From positions 142,720 through 206,719 of the forward strand of contig JAHFMN010000002.1 in NCBI GenBank assembly GCA_023264445.1: a DNA stretch of 64,000 bases, in the 5' to 3' direction. This DNA is from Candidatus Kaiserbacteria bacterium (GTDB lineage: Bacteria; Patescibacteriota; Minisyncoccia; Phycocordibacterales; Phycocordibacteraceae). The position numbers and the translations under genes were made by a program. Of this stretch, positions 19,774 to 29,136 are shown one piece after another; position 1 is the first letter of the stretch; each line of letters begins with the position of its first letter. The notes under the pieces were generated by a model. That model saw only the letters and a list, made by a program, of their open reading frames with translations. It was not told the origin of the DNA and did not search any database.

Positions 19774-19885
19774 GTTTCAATCTGCGGTGTAATCATATCC
19801 TTTGCGCGAACCTTTTTCGAGCGGAACTGACTGCGCACGCTCCGCGTGCGTCCGCCCTTTCTGAACTGGAAGTTTCAATCTGCGG
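19774..19885 (+). repeat. two copies of a 14-nt direct repeat GTTTCAATCTGCGG about 98 nt apart at the GC-rich/AT-rich junction left of the RM island
   Basis: Exact 14-mers at 19774-19787 and 19872-19885, each preceded by gaactg-type context. Confidence 0.5.
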
Positions 19886-20080
19886 AGACGATTGCCAGAA
19901 CTTTGAACCGATAGGACGGCTCAACTACAGCAATGTTGATAGGATTATACGAAAATTGAGGAAAATGCATAAGGAGCATCCTGAGTGGTTTGAGACTCCG
20001 AAACCAAAATCTGATAAGGGTAAAAATGAAATTGATTATCCTATCTAAATCATTATTTAGTATCGGGATTCTCTGGATAC

Positions 20081-21214
20081 TTATGAAGTAATCCCTACCT
20101 CTGTAGTAAGAGTAATATTCAATCCGACTAATTTTTCGAGTTGATTTACAAAGTCGCTTTTAAGAAAATAGATATCCTCGTATCTCTTCGCTAATTGTTT
20201 TTGTTCTTCAATGTCCGGAACTATTACTCCCTTTTTTTCTACCATCGGGAACTCAATCTCAATGTCTTTTATGCGTGCCTTTCCAGCTTTTCTCGAGAAT
20301 CCGAATCCATTCTCCACTGCTTTTTCCTCTAGCACATACTTAACAAATTCGTAATCAATTAGTCCCTCCCATCGTTTCTGGAGGATCAGAGGTATTACTT
20401 TTTCTGACAGAGAAAATCGACCCGTTCTAAAGAATGCTTTGCCTACCGATCCATCGATGTTCCATGTCAGGATATCGTTGAAATATTTTATATCGGGCAG
20501 ATTGTCTTGGAGGTGACCATATCCCGGGAAATCTTCGTCTTTAGAGGCACTGAAGACGGGTATATCTCCTTTATGCTGATCTACAAATTGTTTCGTGAAT
20601 GAGCTCATATTTGTTTGTTCTTCGAGATCAAATATTTCCTCTATCGTGAGTGTCGTGCTTCTAGTTTCAACTGGAATGTCTAAAGTGGTTTCATTTAATG
20701 CGACGATCTCGCTCGTCAGATAGTTTTCAAGAGTTTCAATGACTTTATATTTCTTAATTAATTCCTTCTGCGCCACAATATCGTAGTTGTCATTCTCGTC
20801 TACAGGAATGGATATCTGTGCTTTTTTAACCATGGCAATGGGCACTTTTGTAAACTCATTTTTCCCTCGATCACCCTTTCTTCCTTTAGCCATAGAGCGG
20901 AGAATTGGCTGGAGAGCGTATCGCAAGTATTCGATATCTACCGACACGCCTTTTTTAAGCATTAATATTCCTCGATCTCCATTGATGGAAAACTTTCCAG
21001 TGATCATCTTTAGGAACCCACCGAATCCGTTAGTTGCCCATGTTAGAAATTCACCATCATAGTCATAGTGATTGATATGCGTAAGCGGCATTGAATTTGC
21101 GGCTGAGTAAACGGGGTACTCTCCCTTTATCTTTTCTCCATATTCCTTGGTATATACGGAGTTTCCTCTGATGGGATCAACGACATCTGTTAGTTTTAAC
21201 TTTTTAAGTTTCAT
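20081..21214 (-). CDS. restriction-modification specificity subunit (HsdS-like; BcgIB-like) with two target-recognition domains
   Basis: 377 aa with a duplicated TRD architecture and the conserved central/distal helices of S subunits. Overlaps the upstream A-subunit gene by 4 nt. Confidence 0.75.
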   Translation of the reverse strand: MKLKKLKLTDVVDPIRGNSVYTKEYGEKIKGEYPVYSAANSMPLTHINHYDYDGEFLTWATNGFGGFLKMITGKFSINGDRGILMLKKGVSVDIEYLRYALQPILRSMAKGRKGDRGKNEFTKVPIAMVKKAQISIPVDENDNYDIVAQKELIKKYKVIETLENYLTSEIVALNETTLDIPVETRSTTLTIEEIFDLEEQTNMSSFTKQFVDQHKGDIPVFSASKDEDFPGYGHLQDNLPDIKYFNDILTWNIDGSVGKAFFRTGRFSLSEKVIPLILQKRWEGLIDYEFVKYVLEEKAVENGFGFSRKAGKARIKDIEIEFPMVEKKGVIVPDIEEQKQLAKRYEDIYFLKSDFVNQLEKLVGLNITLTTEVGITS

Positions 21215-23361
21215 TGATTTGTCTGGAGACCTTTAACTATCTCGTCGATCTTCGATTTGGTCTCTTGAATACGATCTAGGAATTGAGGCACTGTTAGGAC
21301 CTGTTTCTCATCTTCGATTCCTAATTCGACTTTCTCCTCCTCAGACCATAGACGGTCAACCGTCCAACTCTCAAGATCTACTGGGTCAAATATGTCTATG
21401 GGTTGAATCTTGCATCGGGGTGAGGCAGATATAAAGCTTTTTTTCGCGCCCTTGAATTGATTGAATAAACTGACCATCTCAGTCAGGTCATTTTTTTCAA
21501 TCGGGAATCTGTTTACGTCCAGTGTCTCTCCGATATTGGAAGCAAGATATGTAAATACTGGATCGGTTTGTTTGTGTTCTTTGCGCTCAGTTTCTGTCTT
21601 TCCAGATTTCTTAGTGATAGCGAGGATGTATGTCTTCTTAGGCGTGGTGTAGAAGGAGTTTATTGGTAGAGAGATTATGCCGTCTATCACGCATTCATTC
21701 TTTATAAATTCTCTTAGTCGTGCGTCGTTGATTCTGTGTAGAATTCCGTCCGGAATGATGACGAAAGCTTTTCGATTCGGCTTTAGGGTCCTTATGACCC
21801 ACTCCATGAAAAGTCCCTCTACGCCTATGCCGTTTACCTTGTAGAAAGCACTTAGATTGGAATCGCTCTTTATTGCTTCTTTGTAGTTACTACTACCGCT
21901 TGTGACGTAGGGAGGGTTGGTGAGGATCAGATCATACTTATCGCTCTCCGTTTTTGAGAGAGTCCCAAGTACAGTATTGCTTAGAAGCTTGAAAGTTGAG
22001 TTGAAAACGCGAGAGAATTCATGCGAAAGTGTCGGATTCTTAATAAGTAGTTCCGACAGGAAGATAAGCATGTTCGCCTTCGCTAGAATGATGGTGAGCT
22101 GTTCTTCTTTCTCAAAACCCTTGTCGAAGCCAGTGAGATTGAATCGCGGAAGGAGCTTTTCTCCTTTTACTTGGAAGTATCCATTCACCCCATCCTCTGT
22201 GAGCTTTATTGGCTCCAGTAAGAACCCTCCAACGCCGCAAGCCGGATCGCATATTTCCGCTCCCTCTTCAAGTTTTTCTATATCTGATATCTCAATGATT
22301 GCATCAATGATATTGCGAGGAGTGAAGTACTGACCCCAGTTCTTCTTACTGATACTCTTCTTCATAAAATCCTCGAAGACCTTGGACTTGAAGTTTGGAT
22401 CGATATTTTTAAGTTCTCCGAATTCGTTGAATTTCTTTAGAATCTTGTGGAAAACCTTTCCGTGCTCCGGAACGCTCGGATTAAGCACTGTACCGTTGAT
22501 GATCGTGGTCCCATCCTCCTTACTTGCAGGGAACATTGTCTTAAGCCAAGGTCTGACATTCTGATCATAATTCTTAAAAGCTTTGGCAGAGTCGAGACCA
22601 TAAATGTCACGGAAATTTACTTTATTACCCCTGTCATCTTCTTTTAGAATATCGAGATCGCTTAGATACTTAAAAATAAATATCTCCACGAAGGTGTATA
22701 AACATCGCTCTGGTGTCGCCCCACTGACAGACCACACATCTTGCCAGATTTGTTTCGCGAGAGTGCTTGGATCCACTAAGGTGCCCGGGATAATTTTTGA
22801 GTTTGTTGACGACATGAACTTTCGAACGGTCTCTAGATATTGCAAACTTGTTCTTGTCTTTGGATTTAGTTTTGTTGCATCATCCTCATCTATCTTTTGG
22901 TCAATAAGAAATTCCTTTATGAATGGGTTGTTGCCCTCATCTTTTATAATTGAATAGCTTCTTTTTTGACCCTTCGAATCAACGTAATCATTTGCACTAT
23001 CTGGTTGATTAGGGTTGATCCATACGTATGAAGTTTCATCTGTCGCAACACCCACTTCAGCACCTACCATTTGGCACACATCGTTGCATTGCTGTGCTGT
23101 TTTTATTTTGTCCTTTTCTGTTTTAAATTTTCCATCGTCTTTATATTCGACAACAAGAGCTACCCTAATATTTTTCCTGTTACGTCGGTCAACAAGTAGA
23201 CAGTCAGGTTTTCTTCCACCGCTCTCTTCATACTCTTTGTCAGGAATAATTTTAAATTTCTTTAGTTGATTAAGTGTAGTCGCGCCGATATTGTAATACT
23301 CAAAACCGCCCATCTTTAGACCGGCTTCTGTAAGACCACGTTGTTTCAGTTCTTCGCTCAT
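21211..23361 (-). CDS. Type IIB (BcgI-like) restriction enzyme A subunit: N-terminal PD-(D/E)xK endonuclease fused to gamma-class N6-adenine DNA methyltransferase
   Basis: N-terminal PD...EYK nuclease motif (KPDCLLVD ... VALVVEYK). Methyltransferase motif I ICDPACGVGGFLLE and motif IV LILTNPPY. No helicase/ATPase domain. Start may instead be 23427. Confidence 0.7.
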   Translation of the reverse strand: MSEELKQRGLTEAGLKMGGFEYYNIGATTLNQLKKFKIIPDKEYEESGGRKPDCLLVDRRNRKNIRVALVVEYKDDGKFKTEKDKIKTAQQCNDVCQMVGAEVGVATDETSYVWINPNQPDSANDYVDSKGQKRSYSIIKDEGNNPFIKEFLIDQKIDEDDATKLNPKTRTSLQYLETVRKFMSSTNSKIIPGTLVDPSTLAKQIWQDVWSVSGATPERCLYTFVEIFIFKYLSDLDILKEDDRGNKVNFRDIYGLDSAKAFKNYDQNVRPWLKTMFPASKEDGTTIINGTVLNPSVPEHGKVFHKILKKFNEFGELKNIDPNFKSKVFEDFMKKSISKKNWGQYFTPRNIIDAIIEISDIEKLEEGAEICDPACGVGGFLLEPIKLTEDGVNGYFQVKGEKLLPRFNLTGFDKGFEKEEQLTIILAKANMLIFLSELLIKNPTLSHEFSRVFNSTFKLLSNTVLGTLSKTESDKYDLILTNPPYVTSGSSNYKEAIKSDSNLSAFYKVNGIGVEGLFMEWVIRTLKPNRKAFVIIPDGILHRINDARLREFIKNECVIDGIISLPINSFYTTPKKTYILAITKKSGKTETERKEHKQTDPVFTYLASNIGETLDVNRFPIEKNDLTEMVSLFNQFKGAKKSFISASPRCKIQPIDIFDPVDLESWTVDRLWSEEEKVELGIEDEKQVLTVPQFLDRIQETKSKIDEIVKGLQTNQ

Positions 23362-23474
23362 CACACTAATCTTAGCAATTCCACAGAAAATGAAAAGGGG
23401 TCTCCCGCGTAAGAAAGTATTTCTCAAAACTAGTCAAATTCTGCTTGTTTTACAACAGTTCGAACTTGGACATC

Positions 23475-23566
23475 TGGCGGAGGGGGAGGGATTCGAACCC
23501 TCGATACGGTTTTACCCGTATAGCGAGTTAGCAACCCGCCGCACTAGGCCTCTATGCGACCCCTCC
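23475..23566 (-). tRNA. tRNA-Ser (GCU)
   Basis: Reverse complement folds as a 92-nt class II tRNA: acceptor GGAGGGG/CCCCTCC, anticodon loop TTGCTAA, long variable arm, T-loop GGTTCGAATCC, encoded CCA. Confidence 0.85.
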
Positions 23567-23588
23567 GTATTTCGCCACAGTATCAAAT

Positions 23589-24197
23589 TTAGTGAGCTAA
23601 AGCTAACGAAATGACGTGCGTGGCGCCCGCTTCTTGAAACGTGATGATGGCGGCTTGGAGGGTGGCGCCGGTGGTGATGACGTCGTCCAAGACTATATAA
23701 GTGTATGCGGGGTCGGCGCGGCGCGTTGCCCTGAACGCGCCGCGCATGTTTTCTATGCGCTCGCGGCGGGGAAGGGAGACTTGCGAAGCAGTGTCGCGGG
23801 TGCGGATGAGGAGGGTCGTCTTGAGCGGAATACTAAGCTCCTTTGCGGCACGCTTCGCGACTTCTTCCACCTGGTTGAAGCCGCGCTCCTTGCGCCGCGC
23901 CGCGCTTAGAGGCACCGGTACGATGACGGGCTTGCGGGAAGTCTCGTCCGCCTCCCGCAGGTATTCGGCAAGCGCGGCGGCGAGGAGCGCGAAAGCGCGC
24001 TCGCTCCCGCGATATTTCGCTTCGTGGATAGCCGCGCGCACGCGCGCATCGCGGAAAGGGAGGAGCGCAACCGTCTCTGGGTTCGTTTCGCCCACAAGCC
24101 GCGGCGAGAGGAGTGCAAGAAAATCATCATCCGAGACGCCGCGAAGGGCGAGCTCATCCGAACGTGGCGGAAACAAGAAATCCAGAAAGCGCAGCAT
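23589..24197 (-). CDS. comFC: ComF family protein (ComFC-like phosphoribosyltransferase)
   Basis: C-terminal PRTase motif YIVLDDVITTGATL; size and context (divergent from the pil operon) fit ComFC. Confidence 0.65.
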   Translation of the reverse strand: MLRFLDFLFPPRSDELALRGVSDDDFLALLSPRLVGETNPETVALLPFRDARVRAAIHEAKYRGSERAFALLAAALAEYLREADETSRKPVIVPVPLSAARRKERGFNQVEEVAKRAAKELSIPLKTTLLIRTRDTASQVSLPRRERIENMRGAFRATRRADPAYTYIVLDDVITTGATLQAAIITFQEAGATHVISLALAH

Positions 24198-24211
24198 GAT
24201 ATCATTCTCGC

Positions 24212-25309
24212 ATGGCGTTTTTCTCTAATCTCTTTGCCAAGAAGGAGACAAGTGTCGTCGGAATCGATATCGGTTCTTCATCTCTAAAAGTCGTTCAGTT
24301 GCGTAAAGAGCGCGGCCAAGCCGTCCTCGAGACATACGGAGAGCTCTCACTCGGTCCCTACGGTGGAGGAGAAATCGGCCAAGCCACCAATCTCTCGCCC
24401 GAGCAGATCACAGAGACGCTGAAAGACCTCCTGCGCGAAGCGAAGGTGACGACGAAAAGCTGCGGTGTCTCCATTCCATATTCGCGTTCGCTTCTCACGC
24501 TCGTCAGTCTGCCATATCGCGCCGACCCGAAGGAGCAGAAAACCGTCATCGAGCTTGAAGCGCGCAAATACATCCCCGTGCCCATCAGCGAAGTCCAACT
24601 CGACTGGTTCGTCGTGCCGGAGGGGAATCCCGCTCAATCAATGGGGAACAACAGCACCGAACCTCTCGCACAGGGTCCGAAGATAAAGGTCCTTCTGGTG
24701 GCCGTCCACAACGACGAGCTCACCCAGCTCCAGAATATCGTCGCCGGAGCGGGACTTTCCGCGAGTTTCTACGAGATAGAGATTTTCAGCACCATTCGTG
24801 CTGCCGTCCTTGAGCCGGTGAAGCCCGTCATGGTGCTCGACATCGGTGCGGCAACCACGAAGGTCTACGTCGTGGAGCATGGCGTGGTCGCGCTTTCTCA
24901 TGCGGTAAGTGTCGGAAGCCAAGACATCACACGCGCTATATCAGTCTCCGGCAATGTGTCGCTCACGCAAGCCGAAGCATTGAAGAAAGAAGAGGGGATT
25001 AGCGGTGCTCGTGCGCTCGGCTCTCCCGAGCTCGTCTTCTCGCGCATTTTCTCCGAAGCGCGTCGTGTCCTCGTGCAGTACGAGACGATGCATCATAAGT
25101 CCATTGCTTCCATAGTGTGTACGGGCGGCGGTGCGACGACGAAGGAGCTCGGCGAGTATGCGAAGGGCGTGTTTGCAATCGATGTACAGATAGCTGACCC
25201 GTTTGCGAAAACCGAAGCGCCGGCGTTCATGCGCCCCGTGCTTGAAGAGATCGGTCCAGAGTTTGCAGTCGCTGTCGGCATCGCGCTGCGCAAGCTTGAA
25301 GAGGTGTAA
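24212..25309 (+). CDS. pilM: type IV pilus assembly protein PilM (actin-like ATPase)
   Basis: N-terminal VGIDIGSSSLKVVQL actin-fold phosphate-1 motif and overall PilM/FtsA-like length. Confidence 0.8.
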   Translation: MAFFSNLFAKKETSVVGIDIGSSSLKVVQLRKERGQAVLETYGELSLGPYGGGEIGQATNLSPEQITETLKDLLREAKVTTKSCGVSIPYSRSLLTLVSLPYRADPKEQKTVIELEARKYIPVPISEVQLDWFVVPEGNPAQSMGNNSTEPLAQGPKIKVLLVAVHNDELTQLQNIVAGAGLSASFYEIEIFSTIRAAVLEPVKPVMVLDIGAATTKVYVVEHGVVALSHAVSVGSQDITRAISVSGNVSLTQAEALKKEEGISGARALGSPELVFSRIFSEARRVLVQYETMHHKSIASIVCTGGGATTKELGEYAKGVFAIDVQIADPFAKTEAPAFMRPVLEEIGPEFAVAVGIALRKLEEV

Positions 25310-25310
25310 C

Positions 25311-25340
25311 CCTTACCACTTTATAAAGTGGTAAGGGTTT
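25311..25340 (+). terminator. hairpin (attenuator/terminator) between pilM and pilN
   Basis: cccttaccacttt-ataa-agtggtaaggg perfect 12-bp stem followed by ttttg. Confidence 0.45.
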
Positions 25341-25398
25341 TGCACAGTTGCCATACGGGTTGCTTGTGTAAATAACGTATACTGAAAGAGAACGTACC

Positions 25399-26058
25399 AT
25401 GCCTCCCACGATACCTACTTCGTTCATTCCTCAATCAGCGTCCGCATCGGCGCGCCATTTCCGTAGCGATTTTACCGGCGCCTTCGGCTTCTTCGCGTAT
25501 GCCGTGCTCGGCGTCGTCTTCTTGCTCGCCATCCTCGTGTTCTTCTACGGCGGTGTCCTCTCGGCTTCTAAAACGTCCAAGGATATGGCACTCGCGAATG
25601 CTCAGGCGAGCATCGACCCCGCGACGGTAGAAAACTTCGTGAAGTTGCGCAACCGCCTCACCTCCGGCGAGTCTCTGCTCGAAAAGCATGTCGCATTCTC
25701 TCCATTCTTCGCTCTGCTTGAGAGACTGCTTCCAGAGAGCGTACGCTTCACACTGCTGAATCTCTCGGTGAGCAATACTGGTACGACGAAGGTCGAGGCG
25801 GCCGGCATCGCGAAGAGCTTCAACGCGCTCGCCGTCGCCTCAAATGCGTTTGCGGCCGACGGCCGTATCAAGGACGCTATCTTTTCAAACATCAGCGTGA
25901 CGAAGAACGGTTTCGTCTCGTTCGCCCTCTCGGCGACGCTTGATCCAAAACTCATCTCCTTCACTTCTCCCTCCGCAGGATCGTTTGCACCTGAACCGAC
26001 TATGACCGAGCCCGCACCGGCAGAGTCGTCAGCCACGACTGCACCCCCTACGCTATGA
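25399..26058 (+). CDS. PilN-like type IV pilus assembly protein
   Basis: Single N-terminal TM, coiled region, position after pilM; low sequence complexity at the C-terminus. Confidence 0.5.
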   Translation: MPPTIPTSFIPQSASASARHFRSDFTGAFGFFAYAVLGVVFLLAILVFFYGGVLSASKTSKDMALANAQASIDPATVENFVKLRNRLTSGESLLEKHVAFSPFFALLERLLPESVRFTLLNLSVSNTGTTKVEAAGIAKSFNALAVASNAFAADGRIKDAIFSNISVTKNGFVSFALSATLDPKLISFTSPSAGSFAPEPTMTEPAPAESSATTAPPTL

Positions 26059-26600
26059 ACTCCCGCGTCCTTCCACTCGTCGCTCTAATCGTCGCCGGAG
26101 GCATGTTCTTCTTCTATGTGAATCCGGTCTGGAGTGGCCCAATCGCTGCGACGAAGGCTGCAATCGCACACGACGACCTAGCGCTTGCTGCCGCAAAGCA
26201 ATATGCGGCCCAGCAGAACGCGCTTGCTTCGGAGCGTGATGCGATCGATCCAAATGACCTCGCGCGCCTCACGACCTTCCTGCCTGACTCGGTGGATAAC
26301 GTCGGGCTCATCCTTGACTTGAATGGGCTTGCAGCGCGCTCGGGCCTCCTCTTGCAAAATATCGATGTAACGGCCAACAACACGGTTGTACCAGGCGCGC
26401 AGTCAACCGTCGCAACGAATCCAGTGGGCTCGGTCGACCTCTCGATATCCGCGGCTGGTCCGTATTCGGCCCTCCAGACATTTCTCGCCGGAGTAGAGCG
26501 AAGCGCGCGCCTGCTCGATCTGCGCAGCGTCATCGTGAAGGGTTCCGATACGGGCGTGTACGTCTACCAGATGACGCTGCGCCTGTACTGGCTCCGCTAG
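26055..26600 (+). CDS. PilO-like type IV pilus assembly protein
   Basis: N-terminal TM, coiled-coil and C-terminal ferredoxin-like region; 4-nt overlap with pilN. Confidence 0.5.
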   Translation: MNSRVLPLVALIVAGGMFFFYVNPVWSGPIAATKAAIAHDDLALAAAKQYAAQQNALASERDAIDPNDLARLTTFLPDSVDNVGLILDLNGLAARSGLLLQNIDVTANNTVVPGAQSTVATNPVGSVDLSISAAGPYSALQTFLAGVERSARLLDLRSVIVKGSDTGVYVYQMTLRLYWLR

Positions 26601-26613
26601 CACTATATTTATT

Positions 26614-26898
26614 ATGAAAAACTCAAACGTCGTCCTCCTCATCCTCGCAACGCTCATTGTCGCTGCGGGCGTGTATTGGTATTTCTTCACCGGGACGGGC
26701 AATGATGCGCCACTTACCCCGACGACAGCCGAAAACGCCGCGCAGTCCCAGTTCCAGGTGCTCGTGAGCGAGCTACAGCCGATCACGTTTAATACCGGTA
26801 TATTTTCCAACCCGCAATTCCTGTCGCTCGTCGACCTCACCACGCCAGTTGCCCCTGAAATGAGCGGCCGCTTGGACCCCTTCGGCTCGGTCCATTAG
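26614..26898 (+). CDS. small membrane-anchored protein (possible PilP-like)
   Basis: 94 aa, N-terminal TM helix, position between pilO and pilB. Confidence 0.3.
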   Translation: MKNSNVVLLILATLIVAAGVYWYFFTGTGNDAPLTPTTAENAAQSQFQVLVSELQPITFNTGIFSNPQFLSLVDLTTPVAPEMSGRLDPFGSVH

Positions 26899-26917
26899 CA
26901 CGAGCGGAAAATGAGTA

Positions 26918-28708
26918 ATGAACTTCCTCGCCTCCCTCGTCGATAAAGGACTCCTCTCCGCTGCTGATCAACGGGCTATACAAAACGAAGTTGCGCAGCA
27001 GCGTCCGCTTGCGGACGCGCTTTCCGAGCGCGGTCTCTCGCTTCCGGACGCTCTTGCGGAAGTTGGTGCTGCGTACGGCCTTCCTACGCGCATCCTCGGC
27101 GAGCCTCCAGCCGACGAAGAGGTATTCAGCTATATTCCGCTTGAGTCTGCTCGCCACTACAATTTCGTGCCGCTCGACGTCAATGAAGGCGCACTCGAAG
27201 TCGGCGTCACCGACCCCGACAATATCGAAGCACTTGATGCGCTGCAATTCATCTCGAGTAAGATCGGCATGCCATACAAGGTCTTCCTCATCACCAAGGA
27301 GGATTTCGACCGAGTCATTGATGCATATCAAAATATTTCAGGCGAGATAGGGAAGGCTCTTTCTGAATATGAGACGACGGCAGAACCCGCCGAGAAGGCA
27401 AAGGCCGCGCCGGACACCCCGGTGCTTCCAGAAGAGGCACCAGCGCTCGGCGAAGAAGCACCGCTCACACTCACCGACGCACGCGAGAATCTCAAAGCAG
27501 ACGCGCCAGTGACTAAGATCGTTTCTACGATATTGCGCTATGCCATCGATGGCCGCTCTTCCGACATCCACGTCGAGCCCACGCACGCAAAGACGCGTGT
27601 CCGCTTCCGTCTCGACGGCGACCTGCACACCTCACTTGAACTGCCGGCAAAGGTGCATGAGGCGGTCGTCGCGCGCATCAAAATCCTCGCTAAGCTTCGG
27701 CTCGACGAGAAGCGCAAACCGCAAGACGGCCGCTTCTCGGCCGTCGTCGAGAAGCGTCATATCGATTTCCGCGTCTCCACCTTCCCGACAGAGTATGGGG
27801 AGAAGGTCGTGATGCGTATCCTCGACCGCTCCGACACGACTGCGACGCTCGAGACAGTCGGATTCTCGGCCGAGCAGCTTGTGGAAGTCCGGAAGATGCT
27901 CCAAGTCCCGTACGGCATCATCCTGATTGCCGGACCGACTGGCTCCGGTAAGTCCACAACGCTCTTCGCCATGCTTTCCGAGACCGACCGCGAGACGGCG
28001 AACGTCGTCTCGCTTGAAGATCCGGTTGAGTACGAGATTCCCGGCGTCGCGCAGAGCCAGGTGCGACCGGAGATCGGCTACACGTTTGCCAACGGCCTGC
28101 GCTCCATCTTGCGCCAGGACCCGGACATCATCATGGTCGGCGAAATCCGCGATAAGGAGACCGCCGGGCTCGCGGTGCAAGCGGCGCTCACTGGCCACCT
28201 CGTCTTCTCCACCATTCACACCAACACCGCCGTCGGCGCTATCCCACGCCTCATCAATATGGGCGTGGACCCGTTCCTCATCGCACCGACCCTGATTTCC
28301 GTCATCGGTCAGCGACTCGTGCGTAAGCTCTGTCCGGGCGGCGGGAAGCCATTTCCCGTCAAAGACAGCGTGAAGCTTTTCCTCGACCGACAATTCGCCG
28401 ATCTGCCGGAGCAATATAGGAAGGAATTGCCGCCTTTCAAGGAGTTCTATCACGCAGCGGCCACGGCTGAGTGCCCGAACGGCACGCGCGGCCGCACTGG
28501 CGTCTTCGAGATATTGCGCATGGATAAGACGCTTGAGCAGGTCGTGCTCAAGCAGCCGGTGGAGGAGCATATTTTTGCCGCCGCGCGCGCAAACGGCATG
28601 CTTACTATGCGCGAGGACGCTATTAAAAAGGCGCTTGCCGGCGAGATACCGTTTGAAGACGTGAATACGCTCGGCGGGGAACTTTTCCCCGAGGAAGAAA
28701 CCGCTTGA
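26918..28708 (+). CDS. pilB: type IV pilus assembly ATPase PilB (GspE family)
   Basis: Walker A GPTGSGKST, Asp box, His box, tetracysteine-like region CPGGG ... CPNGTRGRTGVFE. Confidence 0.9.
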   Translation: MNFLASLVDKGLLSAADQRAIQNEVAQQRPLADALSERGLSLPDALAEVGAAYGLPTRILGEPPADEEVFSYIPLESARHYNFVPLDVNEGALEVGVTDPDNIEALDALQFISSKIGMPYKVFLITKEDFDRVIDAYQNISGEIGKALSEYETTAEPAEKAKAAPDTPVLPEEAPALGEEAPLTLTDARENLKADAPVTKIVSTILRYAIDGRSSDIHVEPTHAKTRVRFRLDGDLHTSLELPAKVHEAVVARIKILAKLRLDEKRKPQDGRFSAVVEKRHIDFRVSTFPTEYGEKVVMRILDRSDTTATLETVGFSAEQLVEVRKMLQVPYGIILIAGPTGSGKSTTLFAMLSETDRETANVVSLEDPVEYEIPGVAQSQVRPEIGYTFANGLRSILRQDPDIIMVGEIRDKETAGLAVQAALTGHLVFSTIHTNTAVGAIPRLINMGVDPFLIAPTLISVIGQRLVRKLCPGGGKPFPVKDSVKLFLDRQFADLPEQYRKELPPFKEFYHAAATAECPNGTRGRTGVFEILRMDKTLEQVVLKQPVEEHIFAAARANGMLTMREDAIKKALAGEIPFEDVNTLGGELFPEEETA

Positions 28709-28736
28709 CCTCGGCACGTTGTATACTGAATCCACA

Positions 28737-29135
28737 ATGGCGTACCGAGTTTTTCTAGTTGATGACGATCGATTCCTTCTCGACCTATACGCCGTCAAGT
28801 TTAAGAACGCTGGACACGAAGTGAGCGTGTTCGGTAATGGCGAAGAGCTTCTTACTGGGCTGCGCAAGGCTGATACAGTCGCGCCGGACGCGATTCTGCT
28901 TGATCTCATCATGCCGGGTGTGGGAGGCTTCGAAGCGCTTGAGGCGATACGCAAGGAGCATCTGGCCAAAGGTACAAAAATAATCGTGCTCTCAAATCAG
29001 GGTCAAGATGCCGATATTGAGAAGGCAAAGTCGCTCTCTGCTGATGGCTACATCATCAAAGCGTCCGCAATCCCTTCGGAGGTACTTGCAGAAACTCTGA
29101 AAACAATCGAAGCGGGCGCGGCGAAATCAAGCTGA
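28737..29135 (+). CDS. response regulator receiver (CheY-like, PilH-like single REC domain)
   Basis: DDD acidic pocket (FLVDDD), phospho-acceptor D in ILLDLIMP, and conserved K in the YIIKA region. Confidence 0.75.
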   Translation: MAYRVFLVDDDRFLLDLYAVKFKNAGHEVSVFGNGEELLTGLRKADTVAPDAILLDLIMPGVGGFEALEAIRKEHLAKGTKIIVLSNQGQDADIEKAKSLSADGYIIKASAIPSEVLAETLKTIEAGAAKSS

Positions 29136-29136
29136 T

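Larger units (their letters stand above)
19890..23474. mobile_element. AT-rich horizontally acquired island carrying a BcgI-like Type IIB restriction-modification system, adjacent to tRNA-Ser
   Basis: Abrupt drop in GC relative to flanks. Contains only the two RM genes plus a start-less ORF remnant. Ends at the 3' end of tRNA-Ser. No integrase found. Confidence 0.5.
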
